Positions 18,512 through 29,273 of a stretch of 64,000 bases of DNA are shown here, in pieces. This DNA comes from an uncultured Candidatus Binatia bacterium (GTDB lineage Bacteria > Desulfobacterota > Binatia > UBA9968 > JAJDTQ01): NCBI GenBank assembly GCA_965242525.1, contig OZ251459.1, forward strand, positions 3,552,001 through 3,616,000, given 5' to 3'. The number at the start of each line of letters is the position of its first letter. Within the stretch, counting starts at the first letter, position 1. Below the pieces are notes generated by a model, which was not told the DNA's origin, ran no database searches, and worked only from the letters and a program-made list of their open reading frames with translations. The position numbers were made by a program, and so were the translations under genes.

Positions 18512-20436
18512 GCCCGCGCCCCCTCCGCGGCTTCCCCCGCGGCCTCCACTTGGCCGTCCAGGGTCTGGAGGGCGAACAGCGCGGCGTACTTCCCGTCCAT
18601 GGCCACCAGCGCGTCATGGGCGCCCCGCTCCACCACGCGCCCGTCTTCGAGGAAGAGGATCTCGTCGGCGTGGCGCAGCGCCCCGAGGCGGTGGGACGAG
18701 ATGATGGTGGCGCAGTCGTCCGTGCGCTCCCTGAGGGCTTCGCGGATGCGCTGCTCGGTGCCGGCGTCGATGGCGGCCATGGAGTCGTCGAGCACCAGGA
18801 CCGCCGGCTCCAGCATGGCGGTGCGCGCGATGGCCACCCGCTGCTTCTGCCCGCCCGACAGGGACACGCCCCGTTCGCCCACCAGCGTCTCGTAACCGTC
18901 CGGCAGCCGGTGGATGAAACCGTCGATGTGCGCGGTGGCCGCGGAGCCGCGAATGGCCTCGTCCGGGGCCCAGGGGTCGCCGTAGGCGATGTTGTTCTCC
19001 AGGGAGGAGGTGAACAGGAACGGGTCCTGTTGCACCACGCGCACCGCCCGGCGCAGGGAATCCAGGGTCACGTCGCGGACGTCCTGGCCGTCCACCGTGA
19101 TCCGTCCGCCGGTGACGTCGTAATAGCGCGGGACCAGGTGCGCGATGGTGGATTTGCCGCTGCCGGGCGGACCCACGATGCCGAGGGTCTTGCCCCGCTC
19201 CACCCGGAAGGACACTCCGCGCAGGACCGGGGACGCCTCCCCGCCGGGATAGGCGAAGGACACGTCCTCGAACTCCAGGACTCCATCGGTGACCTCCATG
19301 GCCCGGGCCCCCTCCCGGTCGCGTATGACGGGCTCCAGGTCGAGCACGGCGAACAGGCGCGAGCCGCAGGTGGAGGCCCGGGCGAAGGAGTTGACCACCA
19401 TGCCGAGCTGGCGCACGGGCTGCTGGAGGATGGTCATGAAGGCGAGGAACTCGGTGAGCGCGCCCACGGTCATCTGCCCGTTGATCACGCGCGTCCCGCC
19501 GGCCCACAGCACCAGGCCCATGGCCGAGAAGAACGCCAGGTTCATGGCCGCGGACGCGGAGACCCGGGTGCGGATGCGCCGCGCAGCCAGGGCAAGGGCC
19601 TGGTCCGACGCGGCCCCGTACTTGTCGAGCTCGTGGGGTTCCGCGCCGAAAGCGCGGACCACGCGGATGCCGGTGAGGTTCTCGTCCATGATGCGGCCGA
19701 GCACGGCCATCCTCTCCTGCAGCGCGAACCACATCTCGCGCAGCCGGAGCCGCACGGTGGTGGAGCGCCAGGCCACGAACGGCACGAAGCTGAGACCCAG
19801 GGACCCCAGGAACCAGTCGGTCGAAAGCAGCAGCCAGGCTCCGGCCCCGACCAGGACCGCCAACAGCAGGACTCGCAAGGGACCGGTGTTCATGAAGGCC
19901 CGGACTCCTTCGAGGTCGAGCATCCCGCGGGTGATGAGCTCGCCCGTGTGGACACGGTCATGGAAGGAGAAGTTCAGGTGCTGGAGCTTGTCGTAGAAGT
20001 CGAGCCGGAGCCGGTAGGCAAGGTGGTGGCCGAGGGTCTCGCCGCAGTAGTTGTGGACCAGGGTGAACAGGCCGCGCAGGACCGAAGCCCCGAGCAGCAT
20101 CATGAACGTGTGGGAGAGGACCTCGCGCGCCTCCTCCGCGGACACGGACGCGCTGCCCAGCAGCCCCACCGCGCCGTCCACCGCGTCGCCCAGGTATTGG
20201 GGGATCAGGAGCTGGAACATGGCCGCGGCCAGGACCGCGGACACCGCGAGCGCCAAGCGTATGCGCTGCCTTGCCGCGAGCCGGAAGATGCGCCACCAGA
20301 CCGCGGCGTCGTCCCCGGCATGACGGTCGTCGTCGATGGCCATGCCGGCGTAGGTGCGCGCGTAAGCCGACCCGGGTCGCCGGAAATGCCGCCCGTCGTC
20401 AGGGGGCGGGTCCCTCGGGGTGTGGTTGGCGGCCAT
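18508..20436 (-). CDS. ABC exporter, fused TMD-NBD (degenerate Walker B); heterodimer partner; start could be 20343
   Basis: GPPGSGKS, LSGGQKQR, VLDDSM; ATGA overlap with partner. Confidence 0.9.
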   Translation of the reverse strand: MAANHTPRDPPPDDGRHFRRPGSAYARTYAGMAIDDDRHAGDDAAVWWRIFRLAARQRIRLALAVSAVLAAAMFQLLIPQYLGDAVDGAVGLLGSASVSAEEAREVLSHTFMMLLGASVLRGLFTLVHNYCGETLGHHLAYRLRLDFYDKLQHLNFSFHDRVHTGELITRGMLDLEGVRAFMNTGPLRVLLLAVLVGAGAWLLLSTDWFLGSLGLSFVPFVAWRSTTVRLRLREMWFALQERMAVLGRIMDENLTGIRVVRAFGAEPHELDKYGAASDQALALAARRIRTRVSASAAMNLAFFSAMGLVLWAGGTRVINGQMTVGALTEFLAFMTILQQPVRQLGMVVNSFARASTCGSRLFAVLDLEPVIRDREGARAMEVTDGVLEFEDVSFAYPGGEASPVLRGVSFRVERGKTLGIVGPPGSGKSTIAHLVPRYYDVTGGRITVDGQDVRDVTLDSLRRAVRVVQQDPFLFTSSLENNIAYGDPWAPDEAIRGSAATAHIDGFIHRLPDGYETLVGERGVSLSGGQKQRVAIARTAMLEPAVLVLDDSMAAIDAGTEQRIREALRERTDDCATIISSHRLGALRHADEILFLEDGRVVERGAHDALVAMDGKYAALFALQTLDGQVEAAGEAAEGARA

Positions 20437-20519
20437 CTATCGAGGTTGCGGGCGCCGAGACCCCGGGGGAACCGTGGAGCGGAGCATGCCGCGGGCGCGC
20501 CGCTCCCGGCCGGGGCGCT

Positions 20520-20978
20520 TCATCGGGTTTGCTGCCCCTGGCGTATCAGCTCCTGGATGCCGCGTCCGACGTCCCTCAGTATCTCGCCTTGCTGGTCGAG
20601 AGCCTGTTGCCGCTGGTCGAGTTGCTGGCTGAGCGCCTCCCGCTGCCGGTCGAGTTGCCGGTCGAGGGCCTCCCGCTGCCGGTCGAGTTGCCGGTCGAGG
20701 GCTTCCCGCTGCTGGTCGAGGGCCTGGCGTTGCAGCTCGAACTGCTGGTTGAGGGTTTCCTGCTGCTGGTCGAGCTTCCGGCTGTTCTGGTTGAGCACTT
20801 CCTGCTGCTGGTCGAGTTGTCGGCGGTGCTGTTCGATTTGCTGCCGACGCTCTTCCGAGGTCCTGTCCATCCGCCGCATTCCCATATAGATCAACAGGCA
20901 CTGCGTGAATCCCACGGTGCAGATGGCGATGGGCGTAATGAGCTCGCCAAGGGTAACGACGGGAACGATCTCGATCAT
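20520..20978 (-). CDS. Membrane-anchored Gln-rich coiled-coil repeat protein
   Basis: GGAGGAGG RBS, N-terminal hydrophobic helix, QREALDRQLDR repeats (exact 33-bp duplication 20635-20700). Confidence 0.6.
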   Translation of the reverse strand: MIEIVPVVTLGELITPIAICTVGFTQCLLIYMGMRRMDRTSEERRQQIEQHRRQLDQQQEVLNQNSRKLDQQQETLNQQFELQRQALDQQREALDRQLDRQREALDRQLDRQREALSQQLDQRQQALDQQGEILRDVGRGIQELIRQGQQTR

Positions 20979-21234
20979 GGGGTGTTCCTCCTCCTGCAAG
21001 GATGGTGTTTATCCTTGTATTCGGCAGGTTCCGGGGATTCTATTGCTTGTCCGTCGTTGGGTCAAGCTGCCGTCAACCGGCTTGACCCGGGTATTCGTCA
21101 GGGTTTTTCGGGTGTTGGAGATGCTTGGACCCCATCCGGTTCCGACGGAAGTCCGGTGTGGGGAACCCGCGGCGGCGCCGGGCGCCCCGCACCGTCCGCG
21201 GCCCTCCGCGGCCGGAGGCGATTGGGGGGCGGCG

Positions 21235-22059
21235 CTACGCGATCCTGTCCACCAGCATCAGGACCACCGCGAGGACGATCACTGCGATGACGATCGCCTG
21301 CAACCGTCCCGGGGGGATCCTCTTGCACAGGACCGCGCCGTAGTGGACACCGGCCAGGGATCCCAGCGACATGAAGGCCGCGATCTCCAGGTCCACGTCG
21401 CTCGCGCCCTGTCCCCGGCCCACGAACGCATACAGGAAGGACATCACCGTCATCAGGAGGACCGCCACGAAGATGGAAGTCCCCACGTACCGGGAGGTCT
21501 CCCGGTAGAAGATCAGCAGCGCGGGGATGATCAGCACCCCGCCGCCGATGGACGTCATCCCCATGACGGCGCCCACCAGGAAGAGACAGGAGCGCCTTGC
21601 CAGGGCCCCGCCCCTCGACCGGAAGAGCCGGTCGAACCGACGGTAGTCGAAGAGCAGCAGCGCCGCCAGCGACAGGCAGATGGAGGCCATGACGAGGTAA
21701 CTGACCGCCTCCTGCAGCGTCTCCACCCCGCTCGGGGAAAGCGACATCTTGCTCCATTTGACGGCCAGGGAGCCCAGCACCACTCCCGGCGCCGCGGCCA
21801 GGAAGAACCGGAGCCCGACTTCCGCGTTCAGGGTGCCCTGCCGGTAGTGCTCGACCGCTGCCCAGACCTTGGTCAGGACGCCGTAGAGTCCGGCGGTGCC
21901 CACGGCCGTGATGGGCTCGAGCTTCATGACCAGGAGCAGGAGGGGGACGGTGAGCACCCCGCCGCCGATGCCGGTAAGGCCGATGAGGAAGCCCAGCACC
22001 GCGCCGGACAGGACGAAGAGGATTATGTCGGGCAGGGGCGTCAGAACAGGATCTCCCAA
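21235..22059 (-). CDS. Sulfite exporter TauE/SafE family membrane protein (start approximate)
   Basis: GLTGIGGGVLTVPLL and GMTSIGGGVLIIPAL internal repeats; highly hydrophobic. Confidence 0.85.
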   Translation of the reverse strand: MGDPVLTPLPDIILFVLSGAVLGFLIGLTGIGGGVLTVPLLLLVMKLEPITAVGTAGLYGVLTKVWAAVEHYRQGTLNAEVGLRFFLAAAPGVVLGSLAVKWSKMSLSPSGVETLQEAVSYLVMASICLSLAALLLFDYRRFDRLFRSRGGALARRSCLFLVGAVMGMTSIGGGVLIIPALLIFYRETSRYVGTSIFVAVLLMTVMSFLYAFVGRGQGASDVDLEIAAFMSLGSLAGVHYGAVLCKRIPPGRLQAIVIAVIVLAVVLMLVDRIA

Positions 22060-23402
22060 CAATCTTCCAGCGAGCGGACCCCCACCAGCTCGGGACCCCG
22101 CACCTCCGGTAGCTGCCGGCGGTTGCCCTCGGGCAGTATGCACTTGCGGAACCCGAGCTTGCCCGCCTCGGCCACCCGCGCCTCGGCCCGGGTCACGGTG
22201 CGGATCTCCCCCGCGAGACCCACCTCGCCCACGAAGATCGTGTAGGGGTCCACCGCCCGGTCCATGGAGCTGGAGGCGACTCCCACCGCCACCCCCAGGT
22301 CCGCGGCGGGCTCCGACACGCTCACGCCTCCGGCCACGTTGATGAACACGTCCTTGTCGAAGAAGCTCATCCCCTTGCGCTTTTCCAGGATGGCCAAGAT
22401 CAGGGCCACGCGGTTGGCGTCCACGCCGATGCAGGTGCGCCGGGGCAGGTTGAGGAAAGAGCGGGTCACCAACGACTGGACCTCCACCAGGATCGGGCGC
22501 GTCCCCTCCATGCTGGGGACCACCACCGAACCCGACCCTCCCAGGGGCCGCTCGGAAAGGAAGATCTGCGACGGGTTGGGCACCTCCCGGAGGCCGGCTT
22601 CCTGCATCTCGAACACGCCGATCTCGTTGGTGGAGCCGAAACGGTTCTTGACCGCCCGCAGGATGCGGAAGCTGTGGCCGCGCTCGCCTTCGAAGTAGAG
22701 CACCGTATCCACCATGTGCTCGAGCACTCGCGGCCCGGCGATGGCGCCGTCCTTGGTCACGTGCCCCACCAGGAAGACGCCGACGCCGCTCTTCTTGGCC
22801 AGGGAGATGAGCGCCCCCGAGCACTCCCGCACCTGGCCGATGCTGCCGGGCGCGGAAGGGACGGCGGAGGTGTGGACGGTCTGGATGGAGTCCACCACCA
22901 GCACCCCGGGCCGGACCGCCTTGACCTGCTCCAGTATGCGTTCCAGCGAGGTCTCGCTCAGCACCAGCAGGCTCGAAGACGCCGCCGAGATCCTCCGGCC
23001 GCGCATCTTGACCTGCTGCTCCGACTCCTCGCCCGAGACGTAGAGGCAGGCGGGGCCGTCATGGCTCAGGGACGCCGCGGCCTGGAGCAGCAGCGTCGAT
23101 TTGCCGATGCCCGGGTCGCCGCCGATGAGCACCGCGGAACCGTCCACCAGGCCGCCCCCCAGGACCCGGTCGAACTCCTCGATGCCCGAACGCACGCGGC
23201 TGTCCGTGTCCGCGGTGGCCTCGTGGATGGGCGAAGGCGAGCGCCCGGGGCCGGAGTCCTCGCTCCCCCGCGCATGGGGCCGGGCCGTCACGGCCTCCTC
23301 GGCGAGGGAGTCCCACCGGCCGCAGTCCGGGCAGCGTCCCAGCCATTTGGGAGACTGGAAACCGCAGTTCTGACACTCGTAAACGACTCGGGCTCGCGCC
23401 AT
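22041..23402 (-). CDS. radA: DNA repair protein RadA/Sms
   Basis: CxxC...CxxC zinc finger, GDPGIGKST, KNRFG. Confidence 0.97.
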   Translation of the reverse strand: MARARVVYECQNCGFQSPKWLGRCPDCGRWDSLAEEAVTARPHARGSEDSGPGRSPSPIHEATADTDSRVRSGIEEFDRVLGGGLVDGSAVLIGGDPGIGKSTLLLQAAASLSHDGPACLYVSGEESEQQVKMRGRRISAASSSLLVLSETSLERILEQVKAVRPGVLVVDSIQTVHTSAVPSAPGSIGQVRECSGALISLAKKSGVGVFLVGHVTKDGAIAGPRVLEHMVDTVLYFEGERGHSFRILRAVKNRFGSTNEIGVFEMQEAGLREVPNPSQIFLSERPLGGSGSVVVPSMEGTRPILVEVQSLVTRSFLNLPRRTCIGVDANRVALILAILEKRKGMSFFDKDVFINVAGGVSVSEPAADLGVAVGVASSSMDRAVDPYTIFVGEVGLAGEIRTVTRAEARVAEAGKLGFRKCILPEGNRRQLPEVRGPELVGVRSLEDCWEILF

Positions 23403-23499
23403 GGGCCACTCCCCACCCCGGTCCATCATAGGGCGAGCCGCGGCGAAATGCCATTTGTCAAACCGGGGACCAGCAATTAAGTATGTGGGGACCGGCGTC

Positions 23500-24621
23500 A
23501 TGGCCTCCTACCTGCACATCGACATGGACTCGTTCTACGTGTCCGTGGAACGGGTCCTGGACCCGTCCCTGGAGGGCAAGCCCGTGATGGTGGGGGGCGA
23601 CGGGCGCGGCGTGGTGACCTCCGCCTCCTACGAGGCGCGGCAATACGGGGTCCGGTCCGCCATGCCGGGCTTCCGGGCGCGCCGGCTCTGCCCCCACGGC
23701 GTCTTCGTCCCCGCCCGGCGGGGAGTTTACGTGGACTTTTCCGGGAAGGTGTTCGAGTTGCTCCGCTCCTTCTCGCCGGACGTGCGGGCTTTCTCCATCG
23801 ACGAAGGGCTGGTCAACCTCACCGGCACGGACCGGCTCATGGGGCATCCCATGCGCACGGCCCACGACATCATCGGACGCATCCAAGGCGACCTGGGGCT
23901 GCCGTCGTCCGGGGGGCTCGCCGCCAACCCGACCCTGGCCAAGATCGCCGCCACACTGGCCAAGCCCCGGGGCCTGCTCTACGTTCCCCCCGGGTCCGAA
24001 GAGCGTTTCCTCGCCCCGCTGGACGTGGCGGTGGTCCCCGGCATCGGCCCCAAGACGCGCCGCGAGCTCGCGGACCGCGGCATCGCCACGGTCTCCCAGC
24101 TCCTCGCCCACCCCCGGCTCCGCCGCCGTTACCTGGACCTGGACCGTCCCGCGGAGGAGGGTGCCCGCGCCCGCGAACATTCGGTGGGGAGCGAGACCAC
24201 CCTCGCGGAACCGCTCACGGACCGGGCCGAGATGGAGCGGGTGCTGGGAGGGCTGGTGGAAGACGTGGCCAGGAGGCTGCGCCGCCAGGAGGGCCGGGCC
24301 CGGCGCATCACCGTCAAGATCCGCTACTCGGACTTCAAGACCATCACGCGCTCGCGCACCCTCGAAGCGCCCACGTGCTTCGACATGGAGATCTTCAAGG
24401 TGGCGCGGGAACTGGCCGCGGGCAACCGCGCCCCCGGCAAGCCGGTGCGCCTGCTGGGGGTGGCCGCGAGCCGCATCACCGCCGCGGGCTGGCAGGAGTC
24501 CATGTTCGACTACGGCGAGCGGGCGTCCATGGACAGGCTCTACCGGGGCATCGACCGGCTGGGCCGCAAGTACGGCCAGGGCACGGTCACGCTGGGGGCC
24601 GGAAAGGACCGCGAGGATTGA
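23500..24621 (+). CDS. dinB: DNA polymerase IV (Y family)
   Basis: HIDMDSFYVSVE, SYEARQYGVRSAM, SIDE. Confidence 0.93.
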   Translation: MASYLHIDMDSFYVSVERVLDPSLEGKPVMVGGDGRGVVTSASYEARQYGVRSAMPGFRARRLCPHGVFVPARRGVYVDFSGKVFELLRSFSPDVRAFSIDEGLVNLTGTDRLMGHPMRTAHDIIGRIQGDLGLPSSGGLAANPTLAKIAATLAKPRGLLYVPPGSEERFLAPLDVAVVPGIGPKTRRELADRGIATVSQLLAHPRLRRRYLDLDRPAEEGARAREHSVGSETTLAEPLTDRAEMERVLGGLVEDVARRLRRQEGRARRITVKIRYSDFKTITRSRTLEAPTCFDMEIFKVARELAAGNRAPGKPVRLLGVAASRITAAGWQESMFDYGERASMDRLYRGIDRLGRKYGQGTVTLGAGKDRED

Positions 24622-25655
24622 ACGGCCAACCGCTCCAACCCTTCCTTGCCGCCTGCCGCCGCGTCAGGACCCCCTACACCCCGGTCTGGCTCATGCGGCA
24701 GGCGGGGCGCTACATGGACCATTACCGCAACCTGCGGGCCAGGGTCGGCTTCCTGGAACTGTGCAAGACCCCGGACTTGGTGGCGGAGGTGACGGTCACC
24801 CCGGTAGAGCGACTCCAAGTGGACGCCGCCATCCTGTTCGCCGACATCCTGCTCCTGCTGGAGCCCATGGGCGTGGGTCTCGAATACGGCAACGCCGGGC
24901 CGGTGATCCAACGGCCGCTGAGGACGGCCCGGGACATCGACCGGCTGCGCGACCCGGCGCCGGGAGAGTCCCTCTCCTACGTGTATGATGCGGTCCGCGC
25001 CACGCGCGCGGCCCTGGGCGGGCGGACGCCCCTGATCGGGTTCTGCGGCGCCCCCTTCACGCTGGCGTCGTACCTGGTCGAAGGCGGGTCCTCGCGCAAC
25101 TACGTCCACACCAAGCGGCTCTTCCACACCGACGCCGGCGCCTGGCGCGCGCTCATGGACCGGCTCGTGGCCGCCACCGTGTCCTACGTCAACTCCCAGA
25201 TCGAAGCCGGCATCGAGGCGCTCCAGGTGTTCGACAGTTGGGTGGGCTGCCTTGCCCCCGAGGACTACCGGGAACACGTGCTGCCGCACATGCGCCGGCT
25301 GATGGCGGGGGTGGCCCCCGGGGTCCCGGTCATCCACTTCGGCACCGGCGCCTGCGGCCTCCTGGAGCTCATGCGGCAGGCGGGCGGCGACGTGCTCGGG
25401 GTGGACTGGCGCGTGGACCTGGACCGGGCATGGAGCCGCGTGGGCCACGACGTGGCCATCCAGGGCAACCTGGACCCCGTGGCCCTGCTGGCGCCGCCCG
25501 CGGAGATCCGCAAACGGGTCCGGGACATCCTGCGGCGGGCCCAGGGCCGCCCGGGCCACATCTTCAACCTCGGCCACGGCGTCCTTCCGGAAACCCCGGT
25601 GGACCATGTGAAGGCCATGGTGGACGCGGTCCATGAGATCAGTTCGTCCCGATGA
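24618..25655 (+). CDS. hemE: Uroporphyrinogen decarboxylase
   Basis: PVWLMRQAGRY, GNLDP, IFNLGHG; TTG start overlaps the dinB stop. Confidence 0.95.
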   Translation: MNGQPLQPFLAACRRVRTPYTPVWLMRQAGRYMDHYRNLRARVGFLELCKTPDLVAEVTVTPVERLQVDAAILFADILLLLEPMGVGLEYGNAGPVIQRPLRTARDIDRLRDPAPGESLSYVYDAVRATRAALGGRTPLIGFCGAPFTLASYLVEGGSSRNYVHTKRLFHTDAGAWRALMDRLVAATVSYVNSQIEAGIEALQVFDSWVGCLAPEDYREHVLPHMRRLMAGVAPGVPVIHFGTGACGLLELMRQAGGDVLGVDWRVDLDRAWSRVGHDVAIQGNLDPVALLAPPAEIRKRVRDILRRAQGRPGHIFNLGHGVLPETPVDHVKAMVDAVHEISSSR

Positions 25656-25949
25656 GGCTCCGAACGATCGGGCAGAGGGCATGAGCGCGCCCTTCGACTT
25701 CGCTTCGCTACGCTCAGGACGAACGGGGATCGGAGCCCGGGGCCGCGGCGCCGGTCATACGATGTTCCCTCCGCTCAGGACGAACGGGGGCCGGAGACGC
25801 AGTCCGGGTGCTGCCGGCCGAGGTCCCGGCTCCGCTCAGGACGAACGTGGGTCGGAGGGTCAGGGCAAGGGAGTCCATCCTCCATGTCTCGCCGCCCTTG
25901 CCCGCGGGTCCGCGCGTGACCCCATGAACCGCGACTTGCCGAAGCAGCC

Positions 25950-27488
25950 ATGACCAAAGGACACTCGGAACGATTACCTCCGTTCGTCCTGAGCGTAGCG
26001 AAGCGAAGTCGAAGGACGCACTTTCCCCCAGGGAGAGGGAGTTCAAGCCGAAATCGTTCAGGGTTTCCCAAAGACGTCGTCGTCATGGGCGGAGGCGCCT
26101 CCGGTCTGGCCGCGGCCCATCGGCTGGCGGAACTCAGCCGGGCCGGGCCCTCCGAGTTCCGGGTCACGCTGCTGGAGGCGTCCCACCGGCTCGGCGGGGT
26201 CATCGCCACCGAGCACACCGGCGGCCTCCTCCTGGAGCTCGGCCCGGATTCCTGCATCACCGACAAGCCCGCGGCCTTGCGCCTCTGTGAGCGCCTGGGG
26301 CTCGCCGAACGTCTGGTTGCGCCGCGGCACGGGGGGTTGAAGCTCTACACCGTCCACCGGCAGGAGTTGACGCCGCTTCCCGAAGGGTTCCTGCTGATGG
26401 CCCCCACGAGGCTGGGGCCGGTCCTGCGCAGTCCCCTGTTCTCATGGAGGGGCAAGCTGCGCATGGCCCTGGAGCCGGTGCTGCCCCGGCGCTCCGGTGA
26501 AGAAGACGAGAGCCTCGCGTCGTTCGTGCGGCGCCGGCTGGGCCGGGAGGTGCTGGAGCGGGTGGCCCAGCCCCTCATCGGCAACATCTACGCCGCGGAC
26601 CCGGAAGCCCTCAGCCTGGCCGCCGCCATGCCCCGTTTCCCGGAAATGGAGCGCGCCCACCGAAGCGTCGTCCTCGGGACCCGCCGGGCGCAGACCCGGC
26701 GCGCACGGGCGGAGGGCGAGACCGGCGCGCGCTGGGGCCTGTTCGTCAGCATCGACAGGGGCATGGAAGTGCTGGCGAGCCGCCTCGCGGAGAGGCTGGG
26801 TCCCCGGGCGTTGCGCCTCGGCGAGACGGTCCGGGAGCTCCGCTGGAACCCCGCGGCCCGCCGCTGGAGGGTGGCCACGGGCCGCGGCGGGTTCGACGCG
26901 GACGCGGTCATCTGCGCGCTGCCCGCCTTCGCCGCCGCGGACGTCCTGGGGGCGCTGGACGGGGAGTTGGCCCGCGACCTGAAGGAGATCCCCTTCTCGT
27001 CCACCGCCACCGTCAACTTGGCCTACCGCCGGAGCGACATCGCCCACCCCCTGGACGGCTACGGGTTCGTGGTGCCGCACGCCGAACGCCGGACCATCAC
27101 CGCGTGCACCTTCAGCAGCGTGAAGTACGCCAACAGGGCGCCGGAGGACGTGGCCCTGCTGCGCTGCTTCACGGGCGGCGCCTTGCAGCCGCGCCTGCTC
27201 GACCAGCCGGACACCGTCCTCGAAGCCCGGGTCCGGGAGGACCTGGAGGCGCTCCTCGGCGTCTCCGGCGCACCGACTCTCTGCCGCATCGCCCGCTACC
27301 CGGACGGCATGCCCCAGTACAACGTGGGCCACCTGGAACGCGTGGAAAGGATCGAGGCCCGCCTGGAACGATTCCCTGCCCTCGCCCTGGCCGGCAAGAG
27401 CTACCGCGGCGTAGGCATCGCCGACTGCGTCCATAGCGGCGAAACCGCCGCGGAACGGGTCGCGGACGAACTCGCCCGGGGAGCATGA
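25950..27488 (+). CDS. hemY: Protoporphyrinogen/coproporphyrinogen III oxidase with an in-frame 38-codon MITE insertion after Lys3
   Basis: GGGASGLAAA, ELGPDS, GYGFVVP, MPQYNVGH, YRGVGIADC. Confidence 0.9.
   Translation: MTKGHSERLPPFVLSVAKRSRRTHFPPGRGSSSRNRSGFPKDVVVMGGGASGLAAAHRLAELSRAGPSEFRVTLLEASHRLGGVIATEHTGGLLLELGPDSCITDKPAALRLCERLGLAERLVAPRHGGLKLYTVHRQELTPLPEGFLLMAPTRLGPVLRSPLFSWRGKLRMALEPVLPRRSGEEDESLASFVRRRLGREVLERVAQPLIGNIYAADPEALSLAAAMPRFPEMERAHRSVVLGTRRAQTRRARAEGETGARWGLFVSIDRGMEVLASRLAERLGPRALRLGETVRELRWNPAARRWRVATGRGGFDADAVICALPAFAAADVLGALDGELARDLKEIPFSSTATVNLAYRRSDIAHPLDGYGFVVPHAERRTITACTFSSVKYANRAPEDVALLRCFTGGALQPRLLDQPDTVLEARVREDLEALLGVSGAPTLCRIARYPDGMPQYNVGHLERVERIEARLERFPALALAGKSYRGVGIADCVHSGETAAERVADELARGA
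25959..26068. mobile_element. 110-bp family A MITE inside hemY, CAAA target-site duplication
   Basis: Ends GGACACTCGGAACGATT / AATCGTTCAGGGTTTCC; CAAA at 25955-25958 and 26069-26072; carries REP motif A. Confidence 0.85.
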
Positions 27489-27526
27489 CCCGGTAAGCGA
27501 ACCGTGGCGGGAAGCAGGCAAATGGA

Positions 27527-27865
27527 GGCGCTTTCGGAATTCCTGCGGGTTGTGGCACTCCCCTCCCATGCGATGAGGTCCGATTTCATCCTTGCTGCCT
27601 CGTTCGGGATGGATTCCCGCTTTCGCGGGAATGACGGGGGCGGGCGTCCGCAGGTGACAGGGCGGATGTCTGCGGGAATGACGGGGCGGGCATCCGCAGG
27701 AATGACGAGGCGGGCGTCTGCGGGAATGACGAGGGTGGGCGTCTGCGGGTGACGGGGCGGGGCGTCCGTGACGCCAAACCGCGGACGGCATGGTGGGAAT
27801 GGGAGGGAATCGACCTCATCGCGTGCGTCGGGAGCGCCACAACCCACACGAATCCCTGAAGCGCC
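27527..27865. mobile_element. Family C non-autonomous element with about 55-bp imperfect TIRs, enclosing palindrome B and about six 24-bp tandem units
   Basis: GGCGCTTTCGGAATTCCTGCGGGTTGTGGCACTCCC...GATGAGGTC is mirrored at about 27812-27865; related ends at 35778, 44798, 47827, 48028, 58778, 59228. Confidence 0.7.
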
Positions 27866-27937
27866 GGGATTCCCTTACCCCCGACTTTCCTATCCCCGTT
27901 CGTCCTGAGCGTAGCGAAGCGGAGTCGAAGGACGCGC

Positions 27938-28357
27938 TTACCCGCCGCCGACCTCCTGTCGGCTGAGGCGCGGCTCGTAGAGCATCTGGATCACCACGCC
28001 GTCGGGGTCGGCGCAGTAGAAAGACGCGCTGCCGTCCCGGTGGCGCTTGAACGGTTTGAGGATGGTCACGTCCCTGGCCCGGAACTCGCGTTCCAACTCC
28101 TGTACCCGGTCCATGCGGGAGACGATGAAGCCCAGGTGGTCGAGGGGGGAGGCGGCGGCCCCGGGCGCCTGCCCGTCGGGGAGCTGGTGCAGGGCGAGGT
28201 TGTCGGAGCCGGAGCTGAGATAGACGTTGCCGGGGTCGGGCTGCCACACCACTTCCATGCCCAGCACGTCCTGGTAGAACGCCTTCGAGCGCTCCACGTC
28301 CGTCACGTTGAGGGCCACGTGGCGCATTCCCATCAAGCCGCTGAGCGCCTTGGGCAT
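27938..28357 (-). CDS. VOC/glyoxalase family protein
   Basis: HVALNVTDVERSKAFY, DHLGF, FYCADPDG. Confidence 0.88.
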   Translation of the reverse strand: MPKALSGLMGMRHVALNVTDVERSKAFYQDVLGMEVVWQPDPGNVYLSSGSDNLALHQLPDGQAPGAAASPLDHLGFIVSRMDRVQELEREFRARDVTILKPFKRHRDGSASFYCADPDGVVIQMLYEPRLSRQEVGGG

Positions 28358-28403
28358 GGTTCGGTCCCGGTGGGAAGGAGTCGAGGCCGGCGGGCGGCCG
28401 GCC

Positions 28404-29264
<861 letters not shown>

Positions 29265-29273
29265 GGTCGGCCC

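Noticed and set aside
23403-23499. SOS/LexA box between divergent radA and dinB
   Set aside because: No recognisable palindrome or direct repeat; the TTGACA/TATGAT pair on the minus strand is 25 nt apart
27626-27770. Tandem ~24-bp repeats as a possible CRISPR array
   Set aside because: The units are contiguous and degenerate with no unique spacers, and there are no cas genes; they derive from palindrome B
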